Of a stretch of 64,000 nt of DNA, positions 18,541-29,283 are shown in pieces. This DNA comes from an uncultured Porphyromonas sp. Lineage in GTDB: Bacteria; Bacteroidota; Bacteroidia; Bacteroidales; Porphyromonadaceae. A model generated the notes under the pieces. It saw only the letters and a program-made list of their open reading frames with translations, made no database searches and was not told the DNA's origin. Position numbers and translations under genes: made by a program. Where the stretch lies: assembly GCA_963539975.1 (NCBI GenBank), contig CAUTMR010000001.1, positions 37,143 to 101,142 of the forward strand, in the 5' to 3' direction. Position 1 is the first letter of the stretch; each line of letters opens with the position of its first letter.

Positions 18541-19370
18541 ACGAAGCTATCGGGGTAGATTGATTGCAGATGATCTATGGCAATGTGGGTATGGAAGAAG
18601 CCATAAATAGCCGATCCGGAGCCGGTCATAGCCGTGTAGAATGCTCCGGCTTTGTGTAAGGATTCTTTGATTTTTGGGAGAATGGGATAGCGACCGAAGA
18701 GTGATGCTTCAAAATCGTTGATGAAGAGATCTTGCCACTGATCAAGGGGCTTTTGAAGTAAGGCAGGGAGAGATCCCTCAGCCTCAGGGTGGCAGGTAAT
18801 TTGGGCATAGGCTTCTTTGGTCGAGATCGAAAGGCTAGGTTTGATGAGTACCACACTTGCTTGTCGCAGTTCGTGGGGTATCTCAATGGGGGTTAGCACC
18901 TCACCTATCCCTGTTCCTAGCATGGGTTTATTATAGATGAAGAAGGGGCAGTCGGCTCCTATTCGCGCCATTTTTTTTGCCATTTCTTCTTCCGATAGAT
19001 TTAGAGAGAAGCGCTGATTGAGCATTTTCAGAGCAAAAGCAGCATCCGCAGAACCCCCACCAAGCCCTGCCCCAAAAGGGATTTTTTTGAGCAGTTCGAC
19101 CTCCAGAGGGGGGATAGCTACCTCCTCTCGTGCCATTTGTATTGTACGAATTACCGTATTACTCTCTGCGGTGCCGTCGATGGTGATGCCACTTTGCCTC
19201 CAAGTATCCTCTTGCGCTGCCTTTTGAGGTACTATCTCTAGGGCATCGGTGAGGGTGATGGGTAAAAATATCGTCTCTAGTAAATGGTAGCCATCGGTAC
19301 GTTTTCCTAGAATACGAAGACCTAAATTGAGTTTGGCATTGGGGAAAGTGATCATCTTGGATAGGTACAA
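18519..19370 (-). CDS. ispE: 4-(cytidine 5'-diphospho)-2-C-methyl-D-erythritol kinase
   Basis: GHMP kinase motif PFGAGLGGGSADAA and N-terminal NAKLNLGLRILGKRTDGYH. The true start may be the Met at 19355. Confidence 0.85.
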   Translation of the reverse strand: MYLSKMITFPNAKLNLGLRILGKRTDGYHLLETIFLPITLTDALEIVPQKAAQEDTWRQSGITIDGTAESNTVIRTIQMAREEVAIPPLEVELLKKIPFGAGLGGGSADAAFALKMLNQRFSLNLSEEEMAKKMARIGADCPFFIYNKPMLGTGIGEVLTPIEIPHELRQASVVLIKPSLSISTKEAYAQITCHPEAEGSLPALLQKPLDQWQDLFINDFEASLFGRYPILPKIKESLHKAGAFYTAMTGSGSAIYGFFHTHIAIDHLQSIYPDSFVWQGNIA

Positions 19371-19452
19371 AAGGGAGTATCGCGGTGTGTGGATTGACCA
19401 ACTCCCCTGCGATACTCCTTATAAATGGGTTAATATATTGCTTATAAGCACT

Positions 19453-20817
19453 CTAGAAGCAGACTTTACCACACTTATTGCAGTGGCGTATCTCTTGGTT
19501 GTTAAAGCGAGAGGATATAACGTCTACGATAGAGGCACGAAGGGGCTCAAGCTCAATGAGTCTGACCACATCGTCGGTAAAGGCGATGCTAAGAAGCGTA
19601 CGAGCTTCGTCTTTGGAGATACCACGTTGCTGCATGTAGAAGAGGGCTTCTTCGTCGAGTTGCCCTGTGGTCATACCATGGCTACACTTTACATCGTCCG
19701 CATAAATCTCAAGCTGAGGCTTGGAGTATATGCGAGCATTGGGCGAGAGTAGCAAATTGCGGTTGCTCTGCTGAGCATCGGTCTTTTGAGCTTGTGCTGA
19801 AACGAAGACACGCCCGGCGAAAGCACCAACCGCCTCGTCATCCATTATATATTTGAATAACTCGTTGGTTTTGCATTCGGGGAATATGTGGCTTATGTAG
19901 GTGAAGTTGTCTACGTGCTGTGCATGAGTACCAATGGCTAACCCTGCGAGAGTAAGCTCGGCATGAGGCCCCATAAAGCGCGTCCAGTATGAGTCCCTTG
20001 TAATGCCATTGTTGAGCGTTAGTCCATTGATCAGTACTTTGCTCGATTCATATTGGCGTAAACAAAGAGTGGAGAGGTGTCGCATCCGGCTGCTAGACTC
20101 CTCTACGTCGTAGAGTTTGAGCTGAGCATTCTCAGCAACATGCACCTCTATCACTTGATCTACTAGGAAATCATGCTTGTCTAAGGTGTGGTTGCAGACC
20201 AGCACTTCAATCGCCGATTCTTCCTCAAGCACAATGAGAACTCTACGGAAGAGGAGCATGGGCACGTCCGCACGCACCAATTGGATAAGTCGTAGAGGCT
20301 CGGTTACTTTCACCCCCTTGGGTACAAAGAGCAAAACGGCATCTTGAGCAAATAGGGTATTGAGAGCGACAATGCCGTCAATATCCGTCTCTGCGTATCT
20401 GCCATATATCTTAGCAAACTGAGACTCTCGCTCCGGATGCTCCGTGAGGAAGGCTCTAAGGCTCCCGATATATACACCGGTGGGGAGGTGCTCCAGGCCT
20501 TGCGAAAGCTCTCTATCAAAGCGTTCGTTGAGGATTATCCCCTGCATATAGGGCATATCCTCTACATCGCAAGAGAATCCTTTGGTATCGTGGAGAGGGA
20601 ATTGTACTCCATTGATATTTACACCATAGTCGAGACTGAATAGGTCGTGAATGTCCGTACGATTGTAGTTTTCGCTGCGCAGAGAGGGAAGTCCGTGTGC
20701 GCTGTAATCCTCTCTAGCTCCCTCTCGGGCATTGTTCATCAGAGGAAAGGATCCCTTTTCTATGGCTTGCCTATTCTCATCGAAGAGGTCGAGATAGGTT
20801 TTTGCAATACTTTCCAT
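19453..20817 (-). CDS. sufD: Fe-S cluster assembly protein SufD
   Basis: 454 aa. The SufBD beta-helix C-terminal region resembles SufD, and the gene follows sufC. Confidence 0.85.
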   Translation of the reverse strand: MESIAKTYLDLFDENRQAIEKGSFPLMNNAREGAREDYSAHGLPSLRSENYNRTDIHDLFSLDYGVNINGVQFPLHDTKGFSCDVEDMPYMQGIILNERFDRELSQGLEHLPTGVYIGSLRAFLTEHPERESQFAKIYGRYAETDIDGIVALNTLFAQDAVLLFVPKGVKVTEPLRLIQLVRADVPMLLFRRVLIVLEEESAIEVLVCNHTLDKHDFLVDQVIEVHVAENAQLKLYDVEESSSRMRHLSTLCLRQYESSKVLINGLTLNNGITRDSYWTRFMGPHAELTLAGLAIGTHAQHVDNFTYISHIFPECKTNELFKYIMDDEAVGAFAGRVFVSAQAQKTDAQQSNRNLLLSPNARIYSKPQLEIYADDVKCSHGMTTGQLDEEALFYMQQRGISKDEARTLLSIAFTDDVVRLIELEPLRASIVDVISSRFNNQEIRHCNKCGKVCF

Positions 20818-20828
20818 ATTGAGGGTAA

Positions 20829-21593
20829 TCAGAGAGTATGTTGTTCCTTAATCCAGTCGTAGCCACGTTTTTCTAGCTCTAGAGCAAGTTCAGAACCTCC
20901 GTCTTTTACGATGCGCCCGTTGTAGAGTACGTGTACAAATTGAGGCTTAATATAGTCGAGCAAACGTTGATAGTGGGTGATCACAATAGAGCTTGTTTCC
21001 GGAGTATGCAGCTTGTTTACCCCCTCTGCGACAATGCGTAGAGCGTCAATATCGAGACCACTATCCGTCTCGTCTAGGATGGAGAGGCGAGGCTCTAGCA
21101 TGGCCATCTGGAATATTTCGTTCCGCTTTTTCTCCCCTCCCGAGAACCCTTCGTTTACCGAACGATTAGAGAGTTTGCTCTCCAATTGTACGAATTCTCG
21201 TTTCTCTTTCATCAGTTTGAGGAATTCTGCAGCAGGCATAGGAGGAAGCCCTTGCGACTTTCGCTTCTCGTTGATAGCCGCTTTCATGAAGTTGGCCATA
21301 CTTACGCCCGGTATCTCCACAGGGTATTGGAAACTTAGGAATAGCCCACGGTGAGAACGCTCTTCCGGGCTCAAAGGCAGAATATTTTCACCTCGGAATG
21401 TAACCTCCCCTTCGGTGACCTCAAAAGCGGGATTCCCTACAAGTACGGAAGAGAGTGTACTCTTTCCGCTCCCGTTGGGGCCCATGATAGCATGTATTTC
21501 GCCCTCGTTAATCGAGAGGTTAATACCCTTTAGTATCTCCCTGCCGTTGATAGATGCGTGGAGGTTTTTTATCTCTAATAGCTTCTTGCTCAT
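20829..21593 (-). CDS. sufC: Fe-S cluster assembly ATPase SufC
   Basis: 254 aa. Walker [10 protein letters not shown], signature FSGGEKKR, Walker [13 protein letters not shown]. Confidence 0.95.
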   Translation of the reverse strand: MSKKLLEIKNLHASINGREILKGINLSINEGEIHAIMGPNGSGKSTLSSVLVGNPAFEVTEGEVTFRGENILPLSPEERSHRGLFLSFQYPVEIPGVSMANFMKAAINEKRKSQGLPPMPAAEFLKLMKEKREFVQLESKLSNRSVNEGFSGGEKKRNEIFQMAMLEPRLSILDETDSGLDIDALRIVAEGVNKLHTPETSSIVITHYQRLLDYIKPQFVHVLYNGRIVKDGGSELALELEKRGYDWIKEQHTL

Positions 21594-21637
21594 CTTCTAA
21601 AAGTCTTAGTTGTTGCTAGATCTTACTCCTTTTGTAC

Positions 21638-23122
21638 TTAACCTACCGATCCCTCTAGGGTTACACTCAGTAGCTTTTGTGCCTCTACGGCAAACTCCAT
21701 GGGGAGCTTATTCATTACCTCCCGGGCATAGCCGTTTACAATTAAGCCTACTGCCTCTTCGGTGGTAATACCTCGCTGTTGGCAGTAGAAAAGCTGATCT
21801 TCGTTTATTTTGGAGGTTGTAGCCTCGTGTTCTATTATTGCGGTATCGTTGAGTACCTCGGCATAGGGGAATGTGTGTGCGCCACAATGGTCGCTCAATA
21901 AAAGGCTATCGCATTGCGAGTGGTTACGACTTCCCTCCGCGCTTGCAGATATCTTTACCAGCCCTCTGTAGCTATTGTGGCTGGAGCCTGCTGAGATACC
22001 TTTAGAAACAATGGTGCTACGCGTATTTTTCCCTATGTGGATCATCTTTGTTCCCGTATCGGCTTGCTGGTAGTTGTTGGTTACTGCTACCGAATAAAAC
22101 TCGCCTACAGAGTTATCCCCTACAAGGAGACAACTTGGATATTTCCAGGTAATAGCCGATCCTGTCTCTACTTGGGTCCAAGAGATTTTTGAGTTATTAC
22201 CACGGCAAAGCCCTCGCTTGGTTACGAAGTTGTATATACCGCCTTTGCCGTTCTTATCCCCTGGATACCAATTTTGTACGGTGGAGTATTTGACCTCCGC
22301 ATTCTCCTCTGCAATGATCTCTACGATGGCAGCATGGAGCTGATTTTCGTCACGCATGGGAGCTGTACAGCCCTCCAGGTAACTCACGTAGGCATCATCG
22401 TCTGCCACAATGAGGGTTCTCTCGAATTGCCCCGTGTTGCGAGCGTTGATACGGAAGTAGGTAGATAGCTCCATAGGGCATCGCACACCCTTGGGGATAT
22501 AAGCAAACGAACCGTCACTGAAGACAGCCGAGTTGAGTGCTGCAAAGTAGTTGTCTCTATAGCTTACCACTTTTCCAAGATATTTCTTTACTAGCTCGGG
22601 ATGCTCTTTTACTGCTTCGCTGAAGGAGCAAAATACGATCCCTAGGGCAGAGAGTTTTTCCCTAAATGTGGTTTTTACCGAGACGCTATCCATTACAGCA
22701 TCTACGGCAGTATTCCCTGCTAATATCTGTCGCTCGTGCAGGGGAATCCCCAGCTTATCAAAGGTCTCCATCAGCTCCGGATCAATCTCTCCGGGCGTAC
22801 CATTAGAGACTTTTTGCTTGGGAGCTGCGTAGTAGATTATGTCTTGGTAGTCAATGGGTGGGATGTAGAGATGTGCCCACTTGGGCTGCTTTAGCGTGAG
22901 CCAATGCTGGTAAGCCTTGAGACGGAAGTCGAGAAGCCACTCAGGCTCTTCTTTTTTCTTCGAAATCAAACGCACCACCTCTTCGCTGAGTCCACGTTCT
23001 ATGGTCTCAGTGGAGATCTTCGTTTCGAATCCATATTTATAGTCTCCCTGCGTTACCTCTTGTAGTATATCTTCTTTAGGCTCTCCTTGAGAAGAGGGTT
23101 GAGGGTGAGTGCTATCTTTCAT
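21638..23122 (-). CDS. sufB: Fe-S cluster assembly protein SufB
   Basis: 494 aa, highly conserved SufB sequence ([31 protein letters not shown]). Confidence 0.95.
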   Translation of the reverse strand: MKDSTHPQPSSQGEPKEDILQEVTQGDYKYGFETKISTETIERGLSEEVVRLISKKKEEPEWLLDFRLKAYQHWLTLKQPKWAHLYIPPIDYQDIIYYAAPKQKVSNGTPGEIDPELMETFDKLGIPLHERQILAGNTAVDAVMDSVSVKTTFREKLSALGIVFCSFSEAVKEHPELVKKYLGKVVSYRDNYFAALNSAVFSDGSFAYIPKGVRCPMELSTYFRINARNTGQFERTLIVADDDAYVSYLEGCTAPMRDENQLHAAIVEIIAEENAEVKYSTVQNWYPGDKNGKGGIYNFVTKRGLCRGNNSKISWTQVETGSAITWKYPSCLLVGDNSVGEFYSVAVTNNYQQADTGTKMIHIGKNTRSTIVSKGISAGSSHNSYRGLVKISASAEGSRNHSQCDSLLLSDHCGAHTFPYAEVLNDTAIIEHEATTSKINEDQLFYCQQRGITTEEAVGLIVNGYAREVMNKLPMEFAVEAQKLLSVTLEGSVG

Positions 23123-23721
23123 TTATTTTCTTCTTTCTCTTTAGAAGTCTGTTCTATCAATTCATTCTCTTTATCCAACAGCCGAGGAGCCAAAATAGTT
23201 GGGACAAAGTTCTTTACGGGGTAGTATAGTGCAGACTCTTTGCGAATATCTTTTTCTTCCTTGGGGGCTTCTCTTTCTCCTTTGGGTCGAGTGGTAGACT
23301 CAAGGGTACTGCTCAACTTTTTGGTAATGGTGGCAGCCGGAATAAATACAGAGTCTACAAAAACAAATATATAGCCAAGGATGGCAAGAGACATAAGCCC
23401 TCCCACCAAGGCTCCCAGCAGCTTGTTGAATATCCCTAGGGGAGTAGCATTGAGGATTTTTGTTATAATCTTACTCGCTAGATATACAGCTCCCAAGATA
23501 AGCAGGAAGGATAGGGCAATAGCTACTGAGTTCGCTATCTTATCACTTAGCTTGAGCAAAAAAGAGAGTGCGCCACCTAGCCAATCCGCTACCACTCCAG
23601 AAACTGCAATCCCTAGCAGAATAGCTACAAAGAAAGCAGCCTGATGTATGAGCCCTTTAGAGAATCCCTTGAAGAGAGATAGCCCAACGATAATGATAAT
23701 AGCAATATCTAACCAGTTCAT
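23119..23721 (-). CDS. cvpA: CvpA-family membrane protein
   Basis: 200 aa. N-terminal [12 protein letters not shown] plus four TM helices. There is a 4-nt overlap with sufB. Confidence 0.75.
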   Translation of the reverse strand: MNWLDIAIIIIVGLSLFKGFSKGLIHQAAFFVAILLGIAVSGVVADWLGGALSFLLKLSDKIANSVAIALSFLLILGAVYLASKIITKILNATPLGIFNKLLGALVGGLMSLAILGYIFVFVDSVFIPAATITKKLSSTLESTTRPKGEREAPKEEKDIRKESALYYPVKNFVPTILAPRLLDKENELIEQTSKEKEENK

Positions 23722-23854
23722 TTCTTTTCTATCTATCGGCTAATTCTCAAGCTCCGACAAACGATAAAAGAGTTGCCAAGGATACCTATTTTCGTGTGTA
23801 CGCAAATAAGTACCTCGGTAACTCTTTTTATTATTCATCTGTATGGAGAATACT

Positions 23855-23890
23855 TTGTCAATTCCCCTCCTGATTGACAAGAGGGGAATT
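23855..23890 (-). terminator. hairpin 13 nt downstream of the infB stop (two overlapping alternative stems, no clean U-tract)
   Basis: A perfect 10-bp stem AATTCCCCTC (23860-69) / GAGGGGAATT (23881-90) overlaps a perfect 8-bp stem TTGTCAAT (23855-62) / ATTGACAA (23873-80). Confidence 0.5.
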
Positions 23891-23902
23891 TTACTATGCA
23901 TT

Positions 23903-26900
23903 TTAGAGTGTTTTCTTTACTTCTATCTCTTCATACGATTCGATAACATCACCCTCATGCAGGTCGTTGAAGCCCTTGATATTGAGCCCGCAATCGAGCC
24001 CAAGAGCGACTTCCTTTACATCGTCTTTGAAGCGTTTGAGAGACTCAAGTTCTCCCGAGTGTATCACAATACCATCGCGGATTACACGAACCTTGTCAGT
24101 GCGTTTGATCTTTCCTTCTTTTACAAGACACCCTGCAATCGTACCCACTTTGCCTATCGTAAAGGTTTGCTGTACGTCAAGTGATGCGGTAATTACCTCC
24201 TTGATTTCGGGAGATAGCATCCCCTCCATAGCGCTCTTTACGTCTGCAATTGCATCGTAAATAATGGAGTAGGTACGTATTTCTACCCCCTGTTGCTCTG
24301 CATTTTTACGAGCTATGGCACTGGGGCGTACTTGGAATCCAATGATAACGGCCTGTGATGCCTCTGCGAGCACAACGTCCGACTCTGAGATTTGGCCTAC
24401 ACCTCTGTGGATTACATTAACCCCAATCTCTTCTGTTGATAGCTTTTCGATCTCTGCCGATAGAGCTTCCACAGATCCGTCCATATCCCCCTTAATAATA
24501 AGGTTGAGCTCTTGGAAGTTGCCGATGGCAATGCGTCGCCCAATTTCGTCCAGGGAGAGCATCTTCTGAGTTCGGAAGCCTTGCTCCCTTTGTAGCTGTG
24601 TACGGCGTGTTGCAATGTCGCGAGCCTCTTGCTCGCTCTCTAGTACATTGAAGGTGTCTCCAGCAGAAGGAGCGCCATTGAACCCTAGGATGGTGGCGGG
24701 GACTGATGGCCCGGCTCCGGTTGCTTTGAGGGATTGATTGCGTTCGTTGAACATGGCTTTTACACGACCATAATACTTACCCGCGAGGATAATATCCCCC
24801 ACATGCAGGGTACCATTGTGTACCAAGATGTTGGAGACATAACCACGTCCCTTGTCTAGAGAAGACTCAATGATAAGCCCCTGAGCACGGCGGTTTGGAT
24901 TGGCCTTCAGGTCGAGCATGTCGGCTTCGAGCAGTACTTTTTCTAGCAACTCATTGACGCCAATACCCTTTTTTGCAGAGATCTCTTGACATTGATACTT
25001 ACCGCCCCAATCCTCTACGAGGTAGTTCATGGCAGCAAGTTGCTCACGAATCTTATTAGGATCTGCCCCCTGTACATCAATCTTGTTGAAGGCAAATACG
25101 ATGGGGACTCCTGCCGCTGCTGCATGGTTGATAGCCTCTTTGGTTTGAGGCATCACCTTGTCGTCTGAGGCAATGATGATGATAGCAATGTCAGTTGCTT
25201 GGGCACCACGAGCACGCATGGCCGTAAAGGCTTCGTGACCCGGTGTATCCAGGAATGTGATACGACGCCCCGAGGGGAGTTGTACATTGTAGGAGCCAAT
25301 GTGCTGAGTAATACCCCCGGCTTCTCCGGCAATTACGTTTGTCTTGCGGATATTATCGAGGAGAGAGGTTTTACCATGGTCTACGTGTCCCATTACGGTT
25401 ACGATAGGAGCACGAGGAACGAGGTCTTCTTCCTTATCTTCTTCTTCGTCTGCTTGGATGGCTTCTACCACTTCGGCACTTACAAACTCGGTCTCAAACC
25501 CAAATTCTTCTGCCACGAGTTTGATCGTTTCGGCATCAAGACGCATATTGATAGATACCATCATATCAATACTCATACAAGTGGCGATTACCTCATTTAC
25601 GGGTACATCCATCATGTTTGCCAAGTCGCTTACCGTTACAAACTCTGTAAGTTTGAGGATGCGGCTTTCTCTTTCTCCGGCTTCGATAGCCTCTTCGGCG
25701 GCTTGGCGAGCTGCGTCTCGACGATCTTTGCGGATACGCGCTTTCTTTTCAAAAGATGTCTTTTTGCCTTGTAGACGAGCAAGTGTTTCTTTTACCTGCT
25801 TCTGTACATCTTCTTCTGTGATTTCTTGCTTGGGAGCTACCGATTTGTTGTTTTCCTTCTTGTTGCGTCTCCGTTGATTATTTGGGGTAGCTCCTTGGGG
25901 AGCAGCTCCATTTTTATTGCCACCGGAGTTGCGACGGATATTGGGATTTACCGGATCAATGCCCTTGGCTGCTTCACTTTTTACGTCAACAGCTTGTGAG
26001 CCGATACGTTTTCTCCGTCCTCTATTGCGTTCTCCCTTTTCGCTTTTCTTGGGAGGATTGATGGTGTTTAGGTCGATTTTTCCGACAACAGTTACACCCA
26101 ATTCTTTGCGTTCCGAAGGACGATAGATCTCAGAATTGGTGTGGGTTTCTTCTCCTTTAGGAGCCGCGGGTGCTACCTCTTGGACCGGAGTCTCTACCTT
26201 GGCTGTGACAGGTTCCTCACTTTTTGGGGCTACCGGAGCCGTTGTTCCTTTCTTTACTTCTTTCTCCTCTTTGTGTTGTTTAGAAGAAGTTTTTTCTTCT
26301 TTTGAGGAGGAATCGGGAGTGGAGACTTTCTTTGTTTCTTCTTTGGGAGCAGCCTTAGGAGCAGCATTTTTGGGAGATGCTTTCTCCTTGACTTCTACCT
26401 CTTTTTCCTTGCTCGTTTTTGTAGGAGAAGCGGTCGTCTTAGTCTCTTTAGCCTTGACAGGTGCTGTGGGGATATCTGAAGTCTCGGAAGTAGATGGGGT
26501 AGAGGAGTCCACAACAAGCTCTATAGGCTTATCATTCATAATGGCCTTGCCACTTTTGTCGAGGTGACCCAATATTTTGAGTGTGGGTGTTTGCTCCGTC
26601 ACATTGGTGGGAGAGTAGGGTTCGGAGATTTCTTCTTTTGGAGTCTTTTCTGACTCTTGAGATGGTGCGGCCTTGCTCGGTTTACTCTCCTTCTTTTTCT
26701 CCGCAGCGAATAGGGCGAGTAGCTTCTCGCCTTCTTCTTTCCCTATCTTGGGACGAAACTCATCAATAATGAGTTGCGCCGTTTTCTTATCAATACGTGT
26801 GTTGGGGGTTGCACCCTGTGCAATACCATGCTCCTCAAGAAAAGGTCTGAGAGACCCTAACCCGATATTGAGTTCTTTTTGTACTTCCGAAAGTTTTATC

Positions 26901-26905
26901 TCCAT
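23903..26905 (-). CDS. infB: translation initiation factor IF-2
   Basis: 1000 aa. A long K/E/P/T-rich N-terminal region is followed by GTPase motifs [13 protein letters not shown] and NKID. Confidence 0.95.
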   Translation of the reverse strand: MEIKLSEVQKELNIGLGSLRPFLEEHGIAQGATPNTRIDKKTAQLIIDEFRPKIGKEEGEKLLALFAAEKKKESKPSKAAPSQESEKTPKEEISEPYSPTNVTEQTPTLKILGHLDKSGKAIMNDKPIELVVDSSTPSTSETSDIPTAPVKAKETKTTASPTKTSKEKEVEVKEKASPKNAAPKAAPKEETKKVSTPDSSSKEEKTSSKQHKEEKEVKKGTTAPVAPKSEEPVTAKVETPVQEVAPAAPKGEETHTNSEIYRPSERKELGVTVVGKIDLNTINPPKKSEKGERNRGRRKRIGSQAVDVKSEAAKGIDPVNPNIRRNSGGNKNGAAPQGATPNNQRRRNKKENNKSVAPKQEITEEDVQKQVKETLARLQGKKTSFEKKARIRKDRRDAARQAAEEAIEAGERESRILKLTEFVTVSDLANMMDVPVNEVIATCMSIDMMVSINMRLDAETIKLVAEEFGFETEFVSAEVVEAIQADEEEDKEEDLVPRAPIVTVMGHVDHGKTSLLDNIRKTNVIAGEAGGITQHIGSYNVQLPSGRRITFLDTPGHEAFTAMRARGAQATDIAIIIIASDDKVMPQTKEAINHAAAAGVPIVFAFNKIDVQGADPNKIREQLAAMNYLVEDWGGKYQCQEISAKKGIGVNELLEKVLLEADMLDLKANPNRRAQGLIIESSLDKGRGYVSNILVHNGTLHVGDIILAGKYYGRVKAMFNERNQSLKATGAGPSVPATILGFNGAPSAGDTFNVLESEQEARDIATRRTQLQREQGFRTQKMLSLDEIGRRIAIGNFQELNLIIKGDMDGSVEALSAEIEKLSTEEIGVNVIHRGVGQISESDVVLAEASQAVIIGFQVRPSAIARKNAEQQGVEIRTYSIIYDAIADVKSAMEGMLSPEIKEVITASLDVQQTFTIGKVGTIAGCLVKEGKIKRTDKVRVIRDGIVIHSGELESLKRFKDDVKEVALGLDCGLNIKGFNDLHEGDVIESYEEIEVKKTL

Positions 26906-26980
26906 TCTTATTTCTCCTCTATCCTCTATATATAACCTACTAGTTGATCTCGCTTATTGGTGTTTCCTACCTTTTGTCTC

Positions 26981-28348
26981 TTATGCCTCAGGGCTTTCTG
27001 AGGGGAGGGGATCGCTGTCTTCTGAATCTGTTCCCTCTTCGATTTCTACTTCTTCAGGAGCTTCGGGGGCTGTAAAGCCGATGCGCTCAAGTTCCTCGGG
27101 GTCAAACTCAGAGGATAGAACTTCTAATACATGATCTACGGTGCTCTCTTCAAGGTCTGCCTTTGAGATTAGCTCTGCACGAGGGATGCGTAGCACGCTC
27201 AAGGCCGTATTGCACCCGATGTTTTTGAGAACTTCGAGTACCCAATCTTCGATTTCGTCGTTGAACTCGTTGAGGAAAATATCCTCTTCGTCGTTCTCTT
27301 CGATGTCTCGGAATACCTCAATTTTGTACCCTGTTAGGGCCGATGCCAACTTAATATTAGAGGCATTCTTACCGATAGCCATGGGGACTTCTTCGGGGCT
27401 GAGGTAGACTTCTGCCTTTAGCTCCTCGGGTAAGATCTCAATAGATGACACTTTTGCAGGGCTTAAAGCTCGTTGCACAAAGAGACTTGAGTTGGTGGTA
27501 TAAGACATTACGTCAATGTTTTCTCCCTTTAGCTCACGCACGATACCACGGATACGGCTCCCGTTCATACCCACACAAGCACCTACGGGGTCAATACGAT
27601 CGTCGTAAGACTCTACCGCCATCTTGGCACGCTCTCCCGGGATACGAGCTACTCGCTTAATCGTGATAAGCCCATCGCCAATCTCCGGTACATTGAGTTC
27701 GAAGAGACGCTTTAGAAACTCTTGGCTGGTGCGCGATACATAGATTTTGATGTTGTTGTTTTCATAATCTACATGGTCGATTACAGCATGTACGCTCTCC
27801 CCCTTTCGGAAGTAGTCCCCGGGGATTTGCTCCGATTTGGGGAGGAGTAATTCATTGCCCTCGTCATCTACAAGTAGAGCCTCGCGCTTCCACACTTGAT
27901 AGACCTCGGCAGAGACCATCTGGCCAACTCGCTCTTGGAACTTTTTGTATAGGTTCTCTTTTTGTAGCTCTAGCACCTTACCTTGTAGGGCTTGGCGGAG
28001 GTTGAGGATGGCACGACGACCAAAGGAAGCAAAATTGATGGAGTCTGTAACCTCGCTGCCGATCTCGGCATCTGGGTCCAAGGGTAAAGCATCGCTCAGA
28101 CTAATCTCCAAATTGGGATTTTGCACGCTCCCATCGGCAACGACCATGCGATTACGCCAGATTTCCAAATCCCCCATCTCAGGACTTACGATGATTGTAA
28201 AGTTCTCGTCTGTCCCAAACATCTTAGACAAAACGCTCATAAACGCGCTTTTCAGCACGTTGATAAGGGTCTCTTTGTCGATGTTTTTTAGTTCCTTAAA
28301 CTCTGCCAGAGTCTCGGTCATGCTCGCATGTGCTTGTTTCTGAGCCAT
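26981..28348 (-). CDS. nusA: transcription termination/antitermination factor NusA
   Basis: 455 aa. N-terminal domain, S1 and KH domains, and an acidic C-terminal tail. It lies between rimP and infB. Confidence 0.95.
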   Translation of the reverse strand: MAQKQAHASMTETLAEFKELKNIDKETLINVLKSAFMSVLSKMFGTDENFTIIVSPEMGDLEIWRNRMVVADGSVQNPNLEISLSDALPLDPDAEIGSEVTDSINFASFGRRAILNLRQALQGKVLELQKENLYKKFQERVGQMVSAEVYQVWKREALLVDDEGNELLLPKSEQIPGDYFRKGESVHAVIDHVDYENNNIKIYVSRTSQEFLKRLFELNVPEIGDGLITIKRVARIPGERAKMAVESYDDRIDPVGACVGMNGSRIRGIVRELKGENIDVMSYTTNSSLFVQRALSPAKVSSIEILPEELKAEVYLSPEEVPMAIGKNASNIKLASALTGYKIEVFRDIEENDEEDIFLNEFNDEIEDWVLEVLKNIGCNTALSVLRIPRAELISKADLEESTVDHVLEVLSSEFDPEELERIGFTAPEAPEEVEIEEGTDSEDSDPLPSESPEA

Positions 28349-28415
28349 AGGTCTATATCTGTGATAGTTTAGTATCCGTTGTATTATTTCGTTTCTCTTC
28401 CGTGGAAGCCGTTTC

Positions 28416-28889
28416 TTAGTCGAAGTTGTATTTTACGCTCTTGGTCTCGGAGTAGAGGATGCGGCACTCCCGTTGTTCATAACGTCTTTTGCTGTGCCTG
28501 CCATCAGGAGAAGGTATCATCTCCTCATATTGTAGTACAAAGCCTTCTTGATCAGAGCTTAAGAGAATGCCATTTCGCTTCGTTCCGTCCGAGAATAGTA
28601 CTACGATAGGATCCCCTTGATGTTTGGCAAACTGACGCTCATTGCGGAATGGATCCGAAAGGCTTGCGGAGCCTACTTCTATGGAAAAGTCCTCCTTGTC
28701 GCGGTCAAGAGCTGCCTCTATTCCTTTGCTAATAGCACTACAGCGTTCTATAGTTATGCCTGACAAGCTATCAAGCACAACCACGATGTCATTAGCCGAG
28801 CTTATGCTGAGAGAGACTACAAACTCTTCAGCAGGGTCCAGCATCTCGTTGAGCTTTTTCTGTACTATTTCTTCTGTTATACTCTTCAT
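28416..28889 (-). CDS. rimP: ribosome maturation factor RimP
   Basis: 157 aa, in the conserved position upstream of nusA. It has RimP-like N- and C-terminal domains. Confidence 0.85.
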   Translation of the reverse strand: MKSITEEIVQKKLNEMLDPAEEFVVSLSISSANDIVVVLDSLSGITIERCSAISKGIEAALDRDKEDFSIEVGSASLSDPFRNERQFAKHQGDPIVVLFSDGTKRNGILLSSDQEGFVLQYEEMIPSPDGRHSKRRYEQRECRILYSETKSVKYNFD

Positions 28890-28984
28890 CTTTTGAGTCT
28901 ATTCTTCGCTTGCGTCCTATCTTGACACCGCATAAACCCACTCGTCCTTAGTCCATTCTTCTAGCGAAGGGTCTAAAGACAAAA

Positions 28985-29016
28985 AGGAGGGAACCGCTGT
29001 TACGCATGGTTTCCTC
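28985..29016 (-). terminator. intrinsic-terminator-like hairpin inside the predicted rimP-nusA-infB leader (candidate attenuator)
   Basis: Minus strand reads GGAGGAAACC-N12-GGTTCCCTCC (9 of 10 pairs, one A.C mismatch) followed by TTTTGTCTTT. It lies between the -7 box (29079-29072) and the rimP ATG (28889). Confidence 0.45.
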
Positions 29017-29071
29017 CACCTACGTACCGGATGTAAAACGGAGCATTACCTCATTCTACCGGTTCCTAGTG

Positions 29072-29079
29072 CAAAGATA
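29072..29079 (-). promoter_or_regulatory. candidate -7 box TATCTTTG for rimP-nusA-infB
   Basis: TAnnTTTG match on the minus strand, 183 nt upstream of the rimP ATG and 87 nt downstream of the group II intron 3' end. Confidence 0.45.
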
Positions 29080-29206
29080 CAATGAAAAATTGGATTGCCC
29101 AACTTTCCATGCTATTATTCCTGATTTGTATTTTCCAATTGTAAGAGCAACGCTAATGAAATCCGATCGGGTAGGTCAAGGGCATTACTGCCCTCTTCCC
29201 CCCTAA

Positions 29207-29240
29207 GAACCGTACTTGAGAGTTTCCCCTCATACGGCTC
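29207..29240 (-). ncRNA. group II intron catalytic domain V
   Basis: The 34-nt sequence GAGCCGTATGAGGGGAAACTCTCAAGTACGGTTC has the AGC triad context, a 2-nt bulge and a GAAA tetraloop. Confidence 0.9.
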
Positions 29241-29283
29241 AAGCTTTTCTAAATCCCTATTCTTATATAGAGACCGGCTCATA

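Noticed and set aside
25199-25877. Two overlapping ORFs of 191 and 177 aa antisense to infB.
   Set aside because: They lie inside the highly conserved IF-2 GTPase region and have no recognisable domains.
23903-26905. Very long (about 400 aa) K/E/P/T-rich N-terminal region of IF-2, considered as a possible gene fusion.
   Set aside because: Long low-complexity N-terminal regions are normal for bacterial IF-2, including Bacteroidota, and no separate domain is visible.
29154-29160. TAATGAA at 29154-29160 and its inverted copy TTCATTA at 32093-32099, considered as possible terminal inverted repeats of an IS element split by the intron.
   Set aside because: The match is only 7 bp with poor extension. 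A chance match of this length is expected when two roughly 100-bp regions are compared.
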